A DNA stretch of 52,417 nucleotides from Clostridia bacterium (GCA_029239905.1 JARBUB010000002.1:1-52417), one strand, 5' to 3'; positions 39,878-52,244 are shown, counted from the first letter of the stretch. Notes: generated from the sequence alone by a model not told the origin. A program made the numbers and translations.

Positions 39878-40573
39878 TTATGCCTCCTTTTTTACAGGTT
39901 TGTTTTTCAACATAATGTATTGTTGCGCTATCGTAAACAAGTTACCTACAACCCAATAAATAGCAAGACCTGCAGGTACAGTGAACGTAATATATGCAAA
40001 CATTATAGGCATCATCGTTGTCATAGACTTTTGAGTTGGATCTTTTGAATTAGGAGATATCATCTTCATTTGTATATAAGTAGTAACCCCTGAAATTAAA
40101 GCTAGTAAAGGTATCCCGAATCCACCAACCATAAGCATTGTTGCTTTATTTTCTGTCATACTTATGTTTGTCATCCACCAAAATCCCTTTTCTACTAGGT
40201 CATAAGCCTGCTGAGTGCCAAAAACATATTTAACTGGCTCTCTTAATACGTTAAACAAAGCTATTACTATAGGAAGTTGAATCAATGCTGGAAGACATCC
40301 AGATGCAGGATTATACTTTTCTTCTTTATAAAGTTCCATAAGCTTTACATTAAGCTTTTCCTTATCGTTTTTATACTTTTCTTGTATAGCCTTCATCTTT
40401 GGTTGTATATCATTCATTCTCTTAGTGGAATGAGTTTGTTTAATATTAATAGGTAGCAATAATAATTTAGTAATAATGGTAAATACAATTATGGCATATC
40501 CATAATTGCCTACAAAACTTACTATCCAGTGCAACAATTGCCCCATTGGCATAGCAATAAAATTTAGATTCAA
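39878..40573 (-). CDS. yidC: membrane protein insertase YidC (SpoIIIJ/OxaA type)
   Basis: Conserved GCLPALIQLPI and PAGLAIYWVVGN motifs. TTG start with SD GGGGGA. Confidence 0.92.
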   Translation of the reverse strand: MNLNFIAMPMGQLLHWIVSFVGNYGYAIIVFTIITKLLLLPINIKQTHSTKRMNDIQPKMKAIQEKYKNDKEKLNVKLMELYKEEKYNPASGCLPALIQLPIVIALFNVLREPVKYVFGTQQAYDLVEKGFWWMTNISMTENKATMLMVGGFGIPLLALISGVTTYIQMKMISPNSKDPTQKSMTTMMPIMFAYITFTVPAGLAIYWVVGNLFTIAQQYIMLKNKPVKKEA

Positions 40574-40611
40574 TTTATTTCCCCCTTACTAATGTTTTTT
40601 TATTTCATCAC

Positions 40612-40845
40612 TTAGTCGTCGTGTTTTTTTTCTAATTCAGGTACTGGATCATAACCTCCGGGGTGAAAAGGATGACATTTAAGTATTCTTATGATTGCCA
40701 GTCTTGTACCCTTAATAGCCCCATACCTATTAATTGCGTCAAGGGCGTATTTAGAACAGGTAGGTGCAAAACGACAATTTCTCCCTATCAGAGGTGATAT
40801 AAATATTTGATACAATCTTATTAAAAATATAAGTATTTTCTTCAT
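40612..40845 (-). CDS. yidD: membrane protein insertion efficiency factor YidD
   Basis: [39 protein letters not shown] is the YidD signature. Confidence 0.9.
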   Translation of the reverse strand: MKKILIFLIRLYQIFISPLIGRNCRFAPTCSKYALDAINRYGAIKGTRLAIIRILKCHPFHPGGYDPVPELEKKHDD

Positions 40846-40860
40846 AAATATTCTTCTTTA

Positions 40861-41199
40861 TTATTTCTTTAATAAACGCGCTCTAATCAATGCAGATTCC
40901 ATACATTTTTTAATATCCTTATATTCAGCATCAGCGCTTCCAACTCTTGCAGTAAAAATAATATCGTGGCCTTTCTTTATTTGGTTTTCTAACAATCTGT
41001 AGTTTTCTCTCATAAGCCTTTTGACTCTATTTCTTGTGACTGCTTTTCCAACCTTTTTACTTACAGAATAACCTACTTTATTATAATCAGAAAGATTTTT
41101 TATAGAATACAAAACTAAATATTTTTCTGCGTAATATCTTCCTTCACTATATACTTTTTTAAATTCAGAGTTTTTCCTCATTCGTTGCAAGGTTATCAT
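40861..41199 (-). CDS. rnpA: ribonuclease P protein component
   Basis: RMRKNSEFKKVY and the RNR-type motif KAVTRNRVKRLMRE. Located between rpmH and yidD. Confidence 0.9.
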   Translation of the reverse strand: MITLQRMRKNSEFKKVYSEGRYYAEKYLVLYSIKNLSDYNKVGYSVSKKVGKAVTRNRVKRLMRENYRLLENQIKKGHDIIFTARVGSADAEYKDIKKCMESALIRARLLKK

Positions 41200-41235
41200 A
41201 AAACCTCCGAAAGGTTAAAGATTTATTCTATCTAC

Positions 41236-41260
41236 AGAAAAAGGCCACAGATGCGGCCTT
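41236..41260 (-). terminator. weak hairpin plus T-run between rpmH and rnpA
   Basis: On the minus strand, AAGGCC-GCATCTGT-GGCCTT is followed by TTT. It overlaps the stop codon of the rpmH remnant. Confidence 0.4.
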
Positions 41261-41330
41261 ATACTGTTAATCTTTTTCTACCTTTTCTTCTTCTACGCTT
41301 TAAAACCAATCTGCCATTTGCAGTGCTCAT
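41259..41330 (-). pseudogene. rpmH: 5'-truncated rpmH (ribosomal protein L34): only the C-terminal 23 codons are present
   Basis: ATG AGC ACT GCA AAT GGC ... encodes MSTANGRLVLKRRRRKGRKRLTV followed by a stop. An in-frame TAA lies at 41337-41339. There is no K/R-rich coding in any frame upstream and no SD. Confidence 0.6.
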
Positions 41331-41446
41331 GTGTGATTATATTAATGTTAAACTGCCATCAATTAAATAAAATAGCTGTAGATATTCATTAAGAAGCTGC
41401 TACCCAATAGTTTAACATTATGCACAATTCTCCATCATACATTAAA

Positions 41447-41475
41447 ATTATATATATAAAGGCCTTTTCTGTCAA
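41447..41475 (-). promoter_or_regulatory. near-consensus sigma-A promoter TTGACA-17-TATAAT directed toward rpmH-rnpA
   Basis: Reverse complement: TTGACA (41475-41470), spacer GAAAAGGCCTTTATATA, then TATAAT (41452-41447). Confidence 0.55.
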
Positions 41476-41528
41476 GCCATTATATTATACCAGCTATTCT
41501 TAACTCTGTGAATATCTAAGTATTTATT

Positions 41529-41855
41529 TGTGGATAAACATTGTAATTATATCTTTCTTTTGATATTATTATAATGTTATTGTGTATAACTAATTATTTT
41601 TATGCAATAATCGCATAAGTTATTAACACCTGTGTACATTTTGTGTATAACTAGTTTGTTTTGTGTATTAAATTCTTTATTGAAGTTAATACTCTACTAA
41701 ATAACTAGTTTTAATTTTGTTAATATTGTGTATTTCAATAAATAAACCTGTTTACAATATTCTATTCTTTATTTAATATTAACAAGTTATAAACATTTTT
41801 ATACATATTTATTTTTTTGGGTTTTTTACTCTCAATATTTCAATTATGTGTACAA
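41529..41855. promoter_or_regulatory. oriC: oriC upstream module: DnaA-box cluster in the rpmH-dnaA spacer
   Basis: Co-oriented boxes: TGTGGATAA 41529-41537 (perfect), TGTGTATAA 41581-41589 and 41642-41650, TGTGTACAT 41631-41639, TGTGTATTA 41662-41670, TGTGTATTT 41727-41735, and TGTGTACAA 41847-41855. The background is very AT-rich. Confidence 0.75.
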
Positions 41856-41967
41856 GTTTGTTGGTAACTTTTTATAAATTAAAACACTAAATCTTAGTCA
41901 GACACTTTTCGATCAAGGCTCTCTTGATTATAAGATATTTTTATTAATCTTGATAAGGAGGTACAAC

Positions 41968-43299
41968 ATGAATCCTCACATGAATGAAATTTGGGATAAA
42001 ACCCTAGATTTAATTAAAGTTGAATTAACTGAGGTAAGCTTCAATACTTGGCTAAAAGCAATTCAGCCCGTAAATTTATCGGACAACGTATTTACATTCT
42101 CAGTTCCAGATGATTTTACAAAAGGTATCTTAGAGGCTAGATATCTTACATTAATAAGGAATGCTTTAAAGCAAGTTTCTTCTATTTACTATGATATAAA
42201 ATTGGTTATAGGCTCAGAAGAAAAGAACTCAATGAGAGAAGAAACAATACCAGAGAAACCAAATGAGGATCAATCAAATAGCTCTTTAAATCCCAAATAT
42301 ACCTTTGATACCTTCGTTATTGGTAACAGCAATCGATTAGCTCATGCTGCTTCAGTAGCTGTTGCTGAGTCACCTGCAAAGGCGTATAATCCGTTGTTTA
42401 TATATGGTGGTGTTGGGCTTGGCAAAACTCATCTGATGCATGCCATTGGACATTATATACAAAATCAAAATAAAAAAGCGAAGGTTATGTATGTATCTTC
42501 AGAAACCTTTACCAATGAGCTAATTAATTCTATTAGAGATGATAGAAACGTTGAATTTAGAAATAAATATAGAACTATAGATGTGCTTCTCGTCGATGAT
42601 ATTCAATTTATTGTAGGCAAAGAAAGAACTCAAGAGGAATTCTTTCATACTTTTAATGCGCTGCATGAAGCTAATAAGCAAATAATCATATCAAGCGATA
42701 GAACACCAAAGGAAATACCGACTCTAGAAGACAGACTTCGTTCTAGATTTGAATGGGGTCTTATTGCTGATATACAAGCACCTGATCTTGAAACAAGAAT
42801 TGCTATTCTTAAGAAAAAGGCTAAAATGGAGAACTTGCAAATAGCGGACTCAGTAATGCATCTTATAGCAAAAAAGATACAATCCAATATAAGAGAACTT
42901 GAAGGTGCTCTTATTAGAATAGTAGCTTATTCTTCCTTAACTAATGGAGAAATAAATGAAGCACTTGCTGAAGAAGCTCTAAAAGACATCATAACAAATA
43001 TAAAACCTAAGATTGTAAGTGCAGGAACTATTAAGGAAGCTGTAGGAATTTTCTACAATATTAAAATAGAAGATTTCACAGCTAAGAAACGAAATAGGTC
43101 AATTGTTTATCCTAGGCAGATAGCTATGTATCTTTGTAGAGAAATCACTGATTTATCCCTTCCAAAGATTGGTGAAGAGTTTGGACGAGATCATACTACA
43201 ATCATGCATGCTCATGAAAAAATATCAAAAGAGATACAAATAGATCCAAATCTAAAATCCATAATTGAGGATTTGACAAATAAAATAGAGAATAAATAG
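41968..43299 (+). CDS. dnaA: chromosomal replication initiator protein DnaA
   Basis: Walker [14 protein letters not shown]+ domain, and C-terminal DNA-binding helix [12 protein letters not shown]. The ATG at 41968 follows AAGGAGG, and the TTG at 41950 is rejected. Confidence 0.97.
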   Translation: MNPHMNEIWDKTLDLIKVELTEVSFNTWLKAIQPVNLSDNVFTFSVPDDFTKGILEARYLTLIRNALKQVSSIYYDIKLVIGSEEKNSMREETIPEKPNEDQSNSSLNPKYTFDTFVIGNSNRLAHAASVAVAESPAKAYNPLFIYGGVGLGKTHLMHAIGHYIQNQNKKAKVMYVSSETFTNELINSIRDDRNVEFRNKYRTIDVLLVDDIQFIVGKERTQEEFFHTFNALHEANKQIIISSDRTPKEIPTLEDRLRSRFEWGLIADIQAPDLETRIAILKKKAKMENLQIADSVMHLIAKKIQSNIRELEGALIRIVAYSSLTNGEINEALAEEALKDIITNIKPKIVSAGTIKEAVGIFYNIKIEDFTAKKRNRSIVYPRQIAMYLCREITDLSLPKIGEEFGRDHTTIMHAHEKISKEIQIDPNLKSIIEDLTNKIENK

Positions 43300-43418
43300 T
43301 TTTTAACTTCATAATGAAAAAATGATAATCAATTTCAAAAAATCATCTCTTAAAAACTTGTAGATATCCTATTGATAAGCTGTTAATAAAATGAAAATAT
43401 AATTTGTTGTCTTTTTTC

Positions 43419-43579
43419 TGTGTATAAAGTGCGTAAAGCCCTCAACATATTATTAACAGCAACAAGTTATATTTTTCTAAGTAATTGTGCACTTTTATAC
43501 AAATTAACAGCCCCTACTACTACTACTACTCTTATTATTACTTATTTATTTAAAATTAAAGTTTTGGAGGTTATCCACA
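43419..43579. promoter_or_regulatory. oriC: oriC downstream module: DnaA boxes, GC cluster, DnaA-trio-like tract and AT-rich unwinding candidate
   Basis: TGTGTATAA 43419-43427 and the degenerate box TTATACAAA 43495-43503. CCCC at 43511-43514. CTA CTA CTA CTA CTA CTC TTA TTA TTA from 43514. An AT-only stretch runs to about 43561. A perfect TTATCCACA lies at 43571-43579. Confidence 0.65.
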
Positions 43580-44680
43580 ATGAAAATAATTACGAGTAAA
43601 AATCTGCTATTAAATGCCATTAATATTACTCAAAAAGCAGTACCATCAAAAACTACACTTCCCATTTTAGAAGGAATCCTAATAGAGGCAAAAAACGGAA
43701 AGCTTAAACTTATAGGAACTGATCTTGAAGTGGGAATAGAAACCACCATAAATGTTGATGTTATTGTTCCTGGAAGAATAGTTATTTCATCAAGAATAAT
43801 GGGTGAAATAGTTAGGAAGCTTCCTGATTCAGATATTGAACTTGAATTGAAAGAAAATAATACGGTTTATATAAAATGCGAAAACTCACACTTCAAAGTA
43901 AATGGAATGACTCCAGACGAATTTCCTGATTTGCCAGAAGTTAAGAAAGAAAATGGCGTAGTTATTACTCAGAAGAAATTTAAAGAGATGATAAAGCAAA
44001 CAATTTTTTCAGTATCAACAGATGAAATACGTCCTATATTGACAGGTGTATTATTCGAGGTTGTTGGTGATAAGATTTCAATGGTAGCTTTAGACGGTTT
44101 CAGAATGGCTGTTAAAAATTCAAGTGTAATAAATGATAACAACTTCAAAGCTGTAATCCCAGGAAAATCTCTTGCAGAGATAGGTAAGATATTAGATGAT
44201 AATGAAGAGCCGGTAAATATATACTTCTCAAAAAATCAAATATTGGTAAAAGTACAAGATACAATTATTGTATCTAGGCTGCTTGAAGGTGAATTCATAA
44301 ATTATAAGCAAATAATACCTAGTGACTATAAAATTAAAGTTACTGTACCTATCTCCAAGCTAATCGAATCTTGTGAGAGAGCAGCTTTATTTGCTAGGGA
44401 TTCAAGTAATAATATGATTAAGTTTGAAATTAATGATGATATCATGTCTATTAAGTCAAACTCACAAAACGGAGATGTTCAGGAAGAATTAAAGGTTATT
44501 AAGCAAGGAGAAGATATTGAAATAGCTTTTAATGCTAAATACTTTATGGACGTTTTAAAGGTCATAGACAGCGAAGAAGTAACAATAGAATTTACAACAA
44601 ATATTAGTCCAAGTATATTAAGACCGTTAGACGATATAGGATATTTATATTTAATACTTCCTACTAGATTTAAAAAATAG
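43580..44680 (+). CDS. dnaN: DNA polymerase III beta sliding clamp
   Basis: 366 aa with the three-domain clamp pattern (TTLPILEGILIEA, RPILTGVLFE). Follows dnaA. Confidence 0.96.
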   Translation: MKIITSKNLLLNAINITQKAVPSKTTLPILEGILIEAKNGKLKLIGTDLEVGIETTINVDVIVPGRIVISSRIMGEIVRKLPDSDIELELKENNTVYIKCENSHFKVNGMTPDEFPDLPEVKKENGVVITQKKFKEMIKQTIFSVSTDEIRPILTGVLFEVVGDKISMVALDGFRMAVKNSSVINDNNFKAVIPGKSLAEIGKILDDNEEPVNIYFSKNQILVKVQDTIIVSRLLEGEFINYKQIIPSDYKIKVTVPISKLIESCERAALFARDSSNNMIKFEINDDIMSIKSNSQNGDVQEELKVIKQGEDIEIAFNAKYFMDVLKVIDSEEVTIEFTTNISPSILRPLDDIGYLYLILPTRFKK

Positions 44681-44735
44681 ATAAAATATAATAATAAGAT
44701 TATAAATAGTTTTAATAATAAAAGCAGGTGATATT

Positions 44736-44948
44736 TTGAAAGAAATAAAAATAAACAGTGAATTTATAAAACTAGATCAGTTTTTAAAATGGGCTGAAGT
44801 ATCAAGTACAGGGGGAGAGTCTAAATCTCTCATTATAGATGGAAAGATAAAAGTAAATAAAGCTGTTGAATTTGCAAGAGGTAAGAAGCTTCGTGATGGT
44901 GACATAATAGAGGTACTAGGAGAACAGTATAAAATAGTAAAGGAATAG
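44736..44948 (+). CDS. yaaA: S4-domain RNA-binding protein YaaA
   Basis: 70 aa, IKLDQFLKWAEV..GGESKSLIIDGKIKVN, between dnaN and recF. TTG start after AGGTGA. Confidence 0.8.
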   Translation: MKEIKINSEFIKLDQFLKWAEVSSTGGESKSLIIDGKIKVNKAVEFARGKKLRDGDIIEVLGEQYKIVKE

Positions 44949-45084
44949 TATTGATGTATTTCGTGCTTTATAATTTGAATTAATCAGCAGCACGAAATAT
45001 TTACGCTATTCATAAATCGCACAAAGCCCTTTTATATTTAAATTTAAAAGCTTAGTGCGATTTATATTGTAAGGAGTGCTTAAT

Positions 45085-46194
45085 TTGCATATAAAGCATA
45101 TATCGTTAAAAGGCTTTAGAAACTATGAGAATGAAGAAATAGAATTAAATAAAGGCATTAATATATTTTATGGGCAAAATGCTCAAGGAAAAACAAATAT
45201 AATTGAATCTATTTACCTCTTATCTACGGGCAAGTCTCATCGTTCTCAAAAGGACAATGAATTAATAAAGTGGGATAATGAGGAATCAAAAATTAAAATA
45301 TTTTATGAGAAGGAAAATCAAGATAATACACTTGAAATGTATCTCAAAAAAAGTCAAAAGAAAAGTATGAAGCATAATGGTGTAAAGCTGAGTAAGACAG
45401 GAGAACTTTTAGGAAATCTTATTACAGTAATTTTTTCACCTGACCATATGAAAATAATAAAAGAGGGCCCAGCTGAGAGAAGAAGGTTCGTAGATATAAT
45501 ACTTTCACAGGTAAAGCCGGGCTATTTTTATAATTTAAGCCAATATGTTAAACTTGTTGTTCAGCGAAACAACCTTCTAATGCAGGCTAAGAATAATTCA
45601 AGGTTAATAGATACTATAGAAATATGGGATCAGCAGCTTATAGAGTATGGAACCAAAGTAATATTGGAGCGTATTGAATTTCTTAAACTCATTGGAGTTT
45701 ACTCAAATCAAATACACAAAAGCATAACAAATAATAAAGAAGATCTGAAGCTGGTTTATAAAAGCTCAATAGAATATAAAGAGCAGGGTGAACAACAAAT
45801 AAAAGAAAACTTCAAAAAAGAGCTAGAGAAATTTAGATTTATAGATATAAAAAGAGGGGTTACGCATAAGGGCCCTCATAGAGATGACATATTGTTTTAT
45901 ATAAATGATATGGAGGTAAAGACTTTTGGTTCTCAAGGTCAACAGAGAACTACCTTGCTTTCTCTAAAAATTTCTGAACTTCAGTTTATGAACAATGAAA
46001 CAGATTCATATCCCATTTTATTGCTGGATGATGTCTTTTCAGAATTAGATACAGAGAGACAAGAATTTCTCATGAAGTTTATTAAAGATATTCAAACATT
46101 CATTACATGCACTGATGTGGAATATTTTAAAAAGTTTAAAACAGATCACTATAGCCTTTACAATGTAGTTGGTGGAAAAATATATCAAAAATGA
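45085..46194 (+). CDS. recF: DNA replication and repair protein RecF
   Basis: LKGFRNY, Walker A GQNAQGKTN, signature GSQGQQRT, and Walker B LLLDDV. I chose the TTG at 45085, 8 nt after AAGGAG, and rejected the GTG at 45076. Confidence 0.93.
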   Translation: MHIKHISLKGFRNYENEEIELNKGINIFYGQNAQGKTNIIESIYLLSTGKSHRSQKDNELIKWDNEESKIKIFYEKENQDNTLEMYLKKSQKKSMKHNGVKLSKTGELLGNLITVIFSPDHMKIIKEGPAERRRFVDIILSQVKPGYFYNLSQYVKLVVQRNNLLMQAKNNSRLIDTIEIWDQQLIEYGTKVILERIEFLKLIGVYSNQIHKSITNNKEDLKLVYKSSIEYKEQGEQQIKENFKKELEKFRFIDIKRGVTHKGPHRDDILFYINDMEVKTFGSQGQQRTTLLSLKISELQFMNNETDSYPILLLDDVFSELDTERQEFLMKFIKDIQTFITCTDVEYFKKFKTDHYSLYNVVGGKIYQK

Positions 46195-46289
46195 TATTTA
46201 AATACAACGCTTTTAGTTTTTACAATAAAAGGTTATAATTATAATTGAATGTAATTTAGGACAAGAAATAGGCCAAGGAGGCTGTATAG

Positions 46290-46559
46290 ATGTTTATTCA
46301 TTTAGGTGGAGATATTGTAATATCAATAAAAGATGTTATATCCATAATGGACATAGAATCAAGTAATTTGTCAAATACAACGAAGGAATTTTTGAGCATA
46401 GCTGACGATGAAGGATTTATAAGAAAGATATCTGAGGACGAACCCAAATCCTTTATTCTTACAGAAAAGGATAATAAAACAATAATATATTTATCTCCTA
46501 TTTCATCAGTTACACTTTTAAAAAGAGCAAATTTTATAGAAAATATATCACTAAAGTAA
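46290..46559 (+). CDS. remB: DUF370 family protein (RemB/YaaB-like)
   Basis: MFIHLGGDIVISIKDVISIMD is typical of DUF370. Located between recF and gyrB. SD AAGGAGG. Confidence 0.75.
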   Translation: MFIHLGGDIVISIKDVISIMDIESSNLSNTTKEFLSIADDEGFIRKISEDEPKSFILTEKDNKTIIYLSPISSVTLLKRANFIENISLK

Positions 46560-46594
46560 TATAAGTATTCAATTTATTATTTTTTGGAGGTTAA

Positions 46595-48520
<1,926 letters not shown>

Positions 48521-48558
48521 TTTAATATTCTTAAGAAGAGTTTTTGGAGGTAATTGTA

Positions 48559-50988
48559 TTGGATATAGAAAAACAAAGAGTAGTTCCAATAAATATAGAA
48601 GATGAGGTCAAAAAGTCCTTTATAGACTATGCCATGAGTGTTATTGTTGCTCGTGCGCTGCCAGATGTAAGAGACGGACTTAAACCAGTTCACAGACGTA
48701 TACTATATGCAATGAATGATGTAGGTTTTACACCAGATAAACCATATCGTAAATCAGCTACTACAGTTGGTGAAGTTTTGGGTAAATATCACCCTCATGG
48801 AGATACTGCAGTATATGATACCATGGTTAGAATGGCACAGGATTTTTCATATAGATATCAATTGATAGACGGACATGGTAACTTTGGTTCCGTCGATGGA
48901 GATAGCGCAGCAGCAATGCGTTATACTGAAGCTAGAATGGCAAAGATATCAATGGAACTTCTTCGTGATTTAGAAAAAGATACAGTAGATTTTATTCCTA
49001 ACTATGATGAAAGTTTAAAAGAACCATCTGTATTACCGGCAAGATTTCCTAATCTTTTGGTTAACGGAGTAAATGGTATCGCGGTTGGTATGGCAACATC
49101 CATACCTCCTCATAATTTAGGTGAGGTAATAGACTGCGTTATTGCCACAATAGAGAACCCGGAAATCGAATTAGATGAAATGATGAAGCATATAAAGGGG
49201 CCAGATTTTCCAACTGCCGGTATAATAATGGGCAGAGAGGGAATAAAGAAAGCTTATGCTACTGGAAGAGGCAAGGTTGTTGTAAGAGCAAATGCTGAAA
49301 TAGAACAAATGTCAGGAAATAAGTCAAGAATTTTGATTACTGAAATACCATACCAAGTAAACAAAGCCAATACAATTGAAAAAATTGCAGAGCTTGTGAA
49401 GGATAAGAAGCTTGAGGGTATATCAGATCTTAGAGATGAATCTGATAGAGACGGTATGAGAATTGTTATAGAGCTAAAAAGAGATGTAAACGCCAATGTA
49501 GTGCTGAATCATCTTTATAAGCATACACAATTGCAAGATACCTACGGAATCATAATGCTTGCATTAGTTGATGGACAACCAAAGGTTCTAAATCTTAAAG
49601 AAATAATAAGACATTACGTAAATCACCAAATAGATGTAGTAACAAAAAGAACGCAATATGAACTTAGAAAAGCAGAAGCTAGAGCACATATATTAGAGGG
49701 TTTAAGAATAGCTCTTGATCATATAGATGAGATTATAAGTATAATAAGAGGTTCAAAGACTGTTGCTGAAGCGAAGCAAAAAATGATGGATAGATTTGGA
49801 CTTTCTGAAATTCAATCAGATGCTATAGCGGAAATGAGACTTAGAGCACTTACAGGATTGGAGAGAGGCAAACTAGAGGAAGAATATCTTGGACTAATAA
49901 AAGATATCGAATACTTTAGATCATTGCTAGCAAACGAATATAAGATGCTTATGGTTATAAAAGATGAACTTCTTGAAATAAAGAAGAAATATGCAGATGA
50001 GAGAAGATCAAGAATAACAGCTTCTCTAGAAGAGTTGAATGATGAAGATTTCATTGAGGAGCATGAGGTTGCAGTTACTATGACTCACTTCGGCTACATT
50101 AAGAGACTTCCATCAGACACTTATAAAAGCCAGAGACGTGGAGGAAAAGGAATAACTGGTTTACAAACCAGAGAAGATGATTTTGTTGAACATCTTTTCA
50201 TAACCTCTACACATAACTATATTTTATTCTTCACAAACAAGGGTAAAATGTATAAGCTTAAAACTTATGAAATACCAGAAGCAGGCAGACAGGCAAAGGG
50301 TACCGCATTGGTTAACTTGCTGCAGCTAGACCCGGATGAAAAAGTAAGTGCTGTTATAAATATTAAGGATTTCCAAGATGGAAAGTATCTAATATTCATG
50401 ACAAAGCATGGATTAGTAAAGAAAACAGAGTTGCAAGAATATGAAACATCAAGAAATACTGGAATAACAGCTATAACTTTACTAGAACAGGATGAACTGA
50501 TTTCTGTAAAGCTTACAAGAGGAACAACAGAACTCATAACTGTTACTAAAGAAGGTATGTCTATAAGGTTTAGTGAAGATGATGTAAGAAGTATGGGAAG
50601 AGGCACTCAAGGAGTAAAGGGCATTAACCTTAGCAAGAATGACGTAGTAATCGGAATGGATATAATAGAGGAAACTGCTGCATTGTTGGTTATAAGTGAA
50701 AATGGCTTTGGAAAGAGAACTCCGGTGGAAGAGTATAGAATACAAACAAGAGGCGGAAAAGGAATACTTACATCTAAGATAACATCAAGAACAGGCAGTC
50801 TTGTAGGTATGAAGATTGTAAAAGATAATGATGAAATTATGCTTATAAACACAAGTGGTATAATCATTAGAATTAATGTCAATGAAATTTCGGAATTAGG
50901 AAGAAGTACACAAGGCGTTAAGGTAATGAGAGTAGATGATAGTGATAGTATAGTATCTATAGCAAAAATAAGTGCGGAACTAGAATAA
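48559..50988 (+). CDS. gyrA: DNA gyrase subunit A
   Basis: [29 protein letters not shown], the active-site context [10 protein letters not shown], and the QRRGGKG GyrA box. I chose the TTG at 48559 after GGAGGT. Confidence 0.97.
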   Translation: MDIEKQRVVPINIEDEVKKSFIDYAMSVIVARALPDVRDGLKPVHRRILYAMNDVGFTPDKPYRKSATTVGEVLGKYHPHGDTAVYDTMVRMAQDFSYRYQLIDGHGNFGSVDGDSAAAMRYTEARMAKISMELLRDLEKDTVDFIPNYDESLKEPSVLPARFPNLLVNGVNGIAVGMATSIPPHNLGEVIDCVIATIENPEIELDEMMKHIKGPDFPTAGIIMGREGIKKAYATGRGKVVVRANAEIEQMSGNKSRILITEIPYQVNKANTIEKIAELVKDKKLEGISDLRDESDRDGMRIVIELKRDVNANVVLNHLYKHTQLQDTYGIIMLALVDGQPKVLNLKEIIRHYVNHQIDVVTKRTQYELRKAEARAHILEGLRIALDHIDEIISIIRGSKTVAEAKQKMMDRFGLSEIQSDAIAEMRLRALTGLERGKLEEEYLGLIKDIEYFRSLLANEYKMLMVIKDELLEIKKKYADERRSRITASLEELNDEDFIEEHEVAVTMTHFGYIKRLPSDTYKSQRRGGKGITGLQTREDDFVEHLFITSTHNYILFFTNKGKMYKLKTYEIPEAGRQAKGTALVNLLQLDPDEKVSAVINIKDFQDGKYLIFMTKHGLVKKTELQEYETSRNTGITAITLLEQDELISVKLTRGTTELITVTKEGMSIRFSEDDVRSMGRGTQGVKGINLSKNDVVIGMDIIEETAALLVISENGFGKRTPVEEYRIQTRGGKGILTSKITSRTGSLVGMKIVKDNDEIMLINTSGIIIRINVNEISELGRSTQGVKVMRVDDSDSIVSIAKISAELE

Positions 50989-50993
50989 GTATA

Positions 50994-51029
50994 AAAGCTG
51001 TTAGCTGGTAATCGGGTAACAGCTTTTTA
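50994..51029 (+). terminator. rho-independent terminator after gyrA
   Basis: AAAGCTGTTA-(13 nt)-TAACAGCTTT followed by TT. Confidence 0.65.
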
Positions 51030-51129
51030 CAAACTATTAATAGTATAAATTTTACTTTATAAGGAATATTGACCAAGACTAATACAAAAATATAATTAGT
51101 TTAAGTAAAACAAATGAGGGGGAATTTTT

Positions 51130-52200
51130 GTGGCAGAAAGAATCATTAAAATAAGAGTAACTGAACTTATGGAAGGTGATATCATAGCAAAAGATATATA
51201 TAATTCCATGGGAAGTGTCCTTGTTAAAAAAAATTCTGATTTGAATGACACAATAGTTCAAAGACTATTTAAAAGCTATAACGATTATATTTTTGTATAT
51301 AGAAAGGTCAATGATAGTTTTAATACATATGAGATTAACATTAATCAAATAATAGTAAAGCAGATAGAAGATATAATAGATGCTACGGCAAAAAAATTTA
51401 TTAAACAAGATAAAGATATGGAGCAAATAAAAAAGGTTTTATTTGAAATATTGAATAATGACAATATAATTAAGTTGTTATTGCCTATTAGGGCATTAGG
51501 AGATAATGTATTCAATCATAGTGTAAATGTTGCGCTTTATTCTCTTTGTGTAGCAAGGGAGATGTTTTTACCATATAGCAGACAAAAGGTTCTTGGTACT
51601 GCAGCTTTATTGCATGATATAGGCATGCAGAAAATATCAAGAGATATTATATACAAGGTAGAAGCTTTAACTGATTCAGAAAAAAAGATTATGCAGCGAC
51701 ACCCTAAATACAGCTTTGACATATTACAGCAAACTGACAGTATCAATTTAGAAGTAGCTAGTATTGTATTACAACATCATGAAAGATATGATGGTAAAGG
51801 GTATCCACTGGGATTAAAAAATGAGAAGATCCATCAAATGGCTAAGATAATAAGCTTATGTGATATGTTTGATGCTCTCACCAATGATAGACCTTATAGA
51901 CAAAAATTTGAGAAAAACGAAAGCGTAGAATATCTTCTAAGTGCAGGGGAAAACAATTACAGTTCAGAAATATTATATGGACTTATAAATAGTATCAGTA
52001 TCTATCCTTACGGCCAGTGGGTTAAACTTTCTACGGGAGATATAGGTGTTATTGCAAATCAAGAAGAAGAAAACAGCTTTAATTACAGACCAGAAATAAT
52101 GGTTTATATCGATTCTGATGGAAAAGGGCTTGAAAATCCGAGGTTTATAGATTTATCCTTAAGAAATAATGATAATATTACTATTGAAACTATAATATAG
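51130..52200 (+). CDS. HD-GYP domain protein (putative cyclic-di-GMP phosphodiesterase)
   Basis: HD motif LLHDIGM and the HHERYDGKGYP signature. GTG start after GAGGGGG. Confidence 0.85.
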   Translation: MAERIIKIRVTELMEGDIIAKDIYNSMGSVLVKKNSDLNDTIVQRLFKSYNDYIFVYRKVNDSFNTYEININQIIVKQIEDIIDATAKKFIKQDKDMEQIKKVLFEILNNDNIIKLLLPIRALGDNVFNHSVNVALYSLCVAREMFLPYSRQKVLGTAALLHDIGMQKISRDIIYKVEALTDSEKKIMQRHPKYSFDILQQTDSINLEVASIVLQHHERYDGKGYPLGLKNEKIHQMAKIISLCDMFDALTNDRPYRQKFEKNESVEYLLSAGENNYSSEILYGLINSISIYPYGQWVKLSTGDIGVIANQEEENSFNYRPEIMVYIDSDGKGLENPRFIDLSLRNNDNITIETII

Positions 52201-52244
52201 TGTATATAGATTTTACTCCTTAGTATTTTGGCATAAATTTCTAG

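Noticed and set aside
41185-41370. 61-aa plus-strand ORF across rpmH
   Set aside because: It is antisense to the L34-coding remnant and the rnpA start. The K/R codons of L34 read as F/L/S on the opposite strand.
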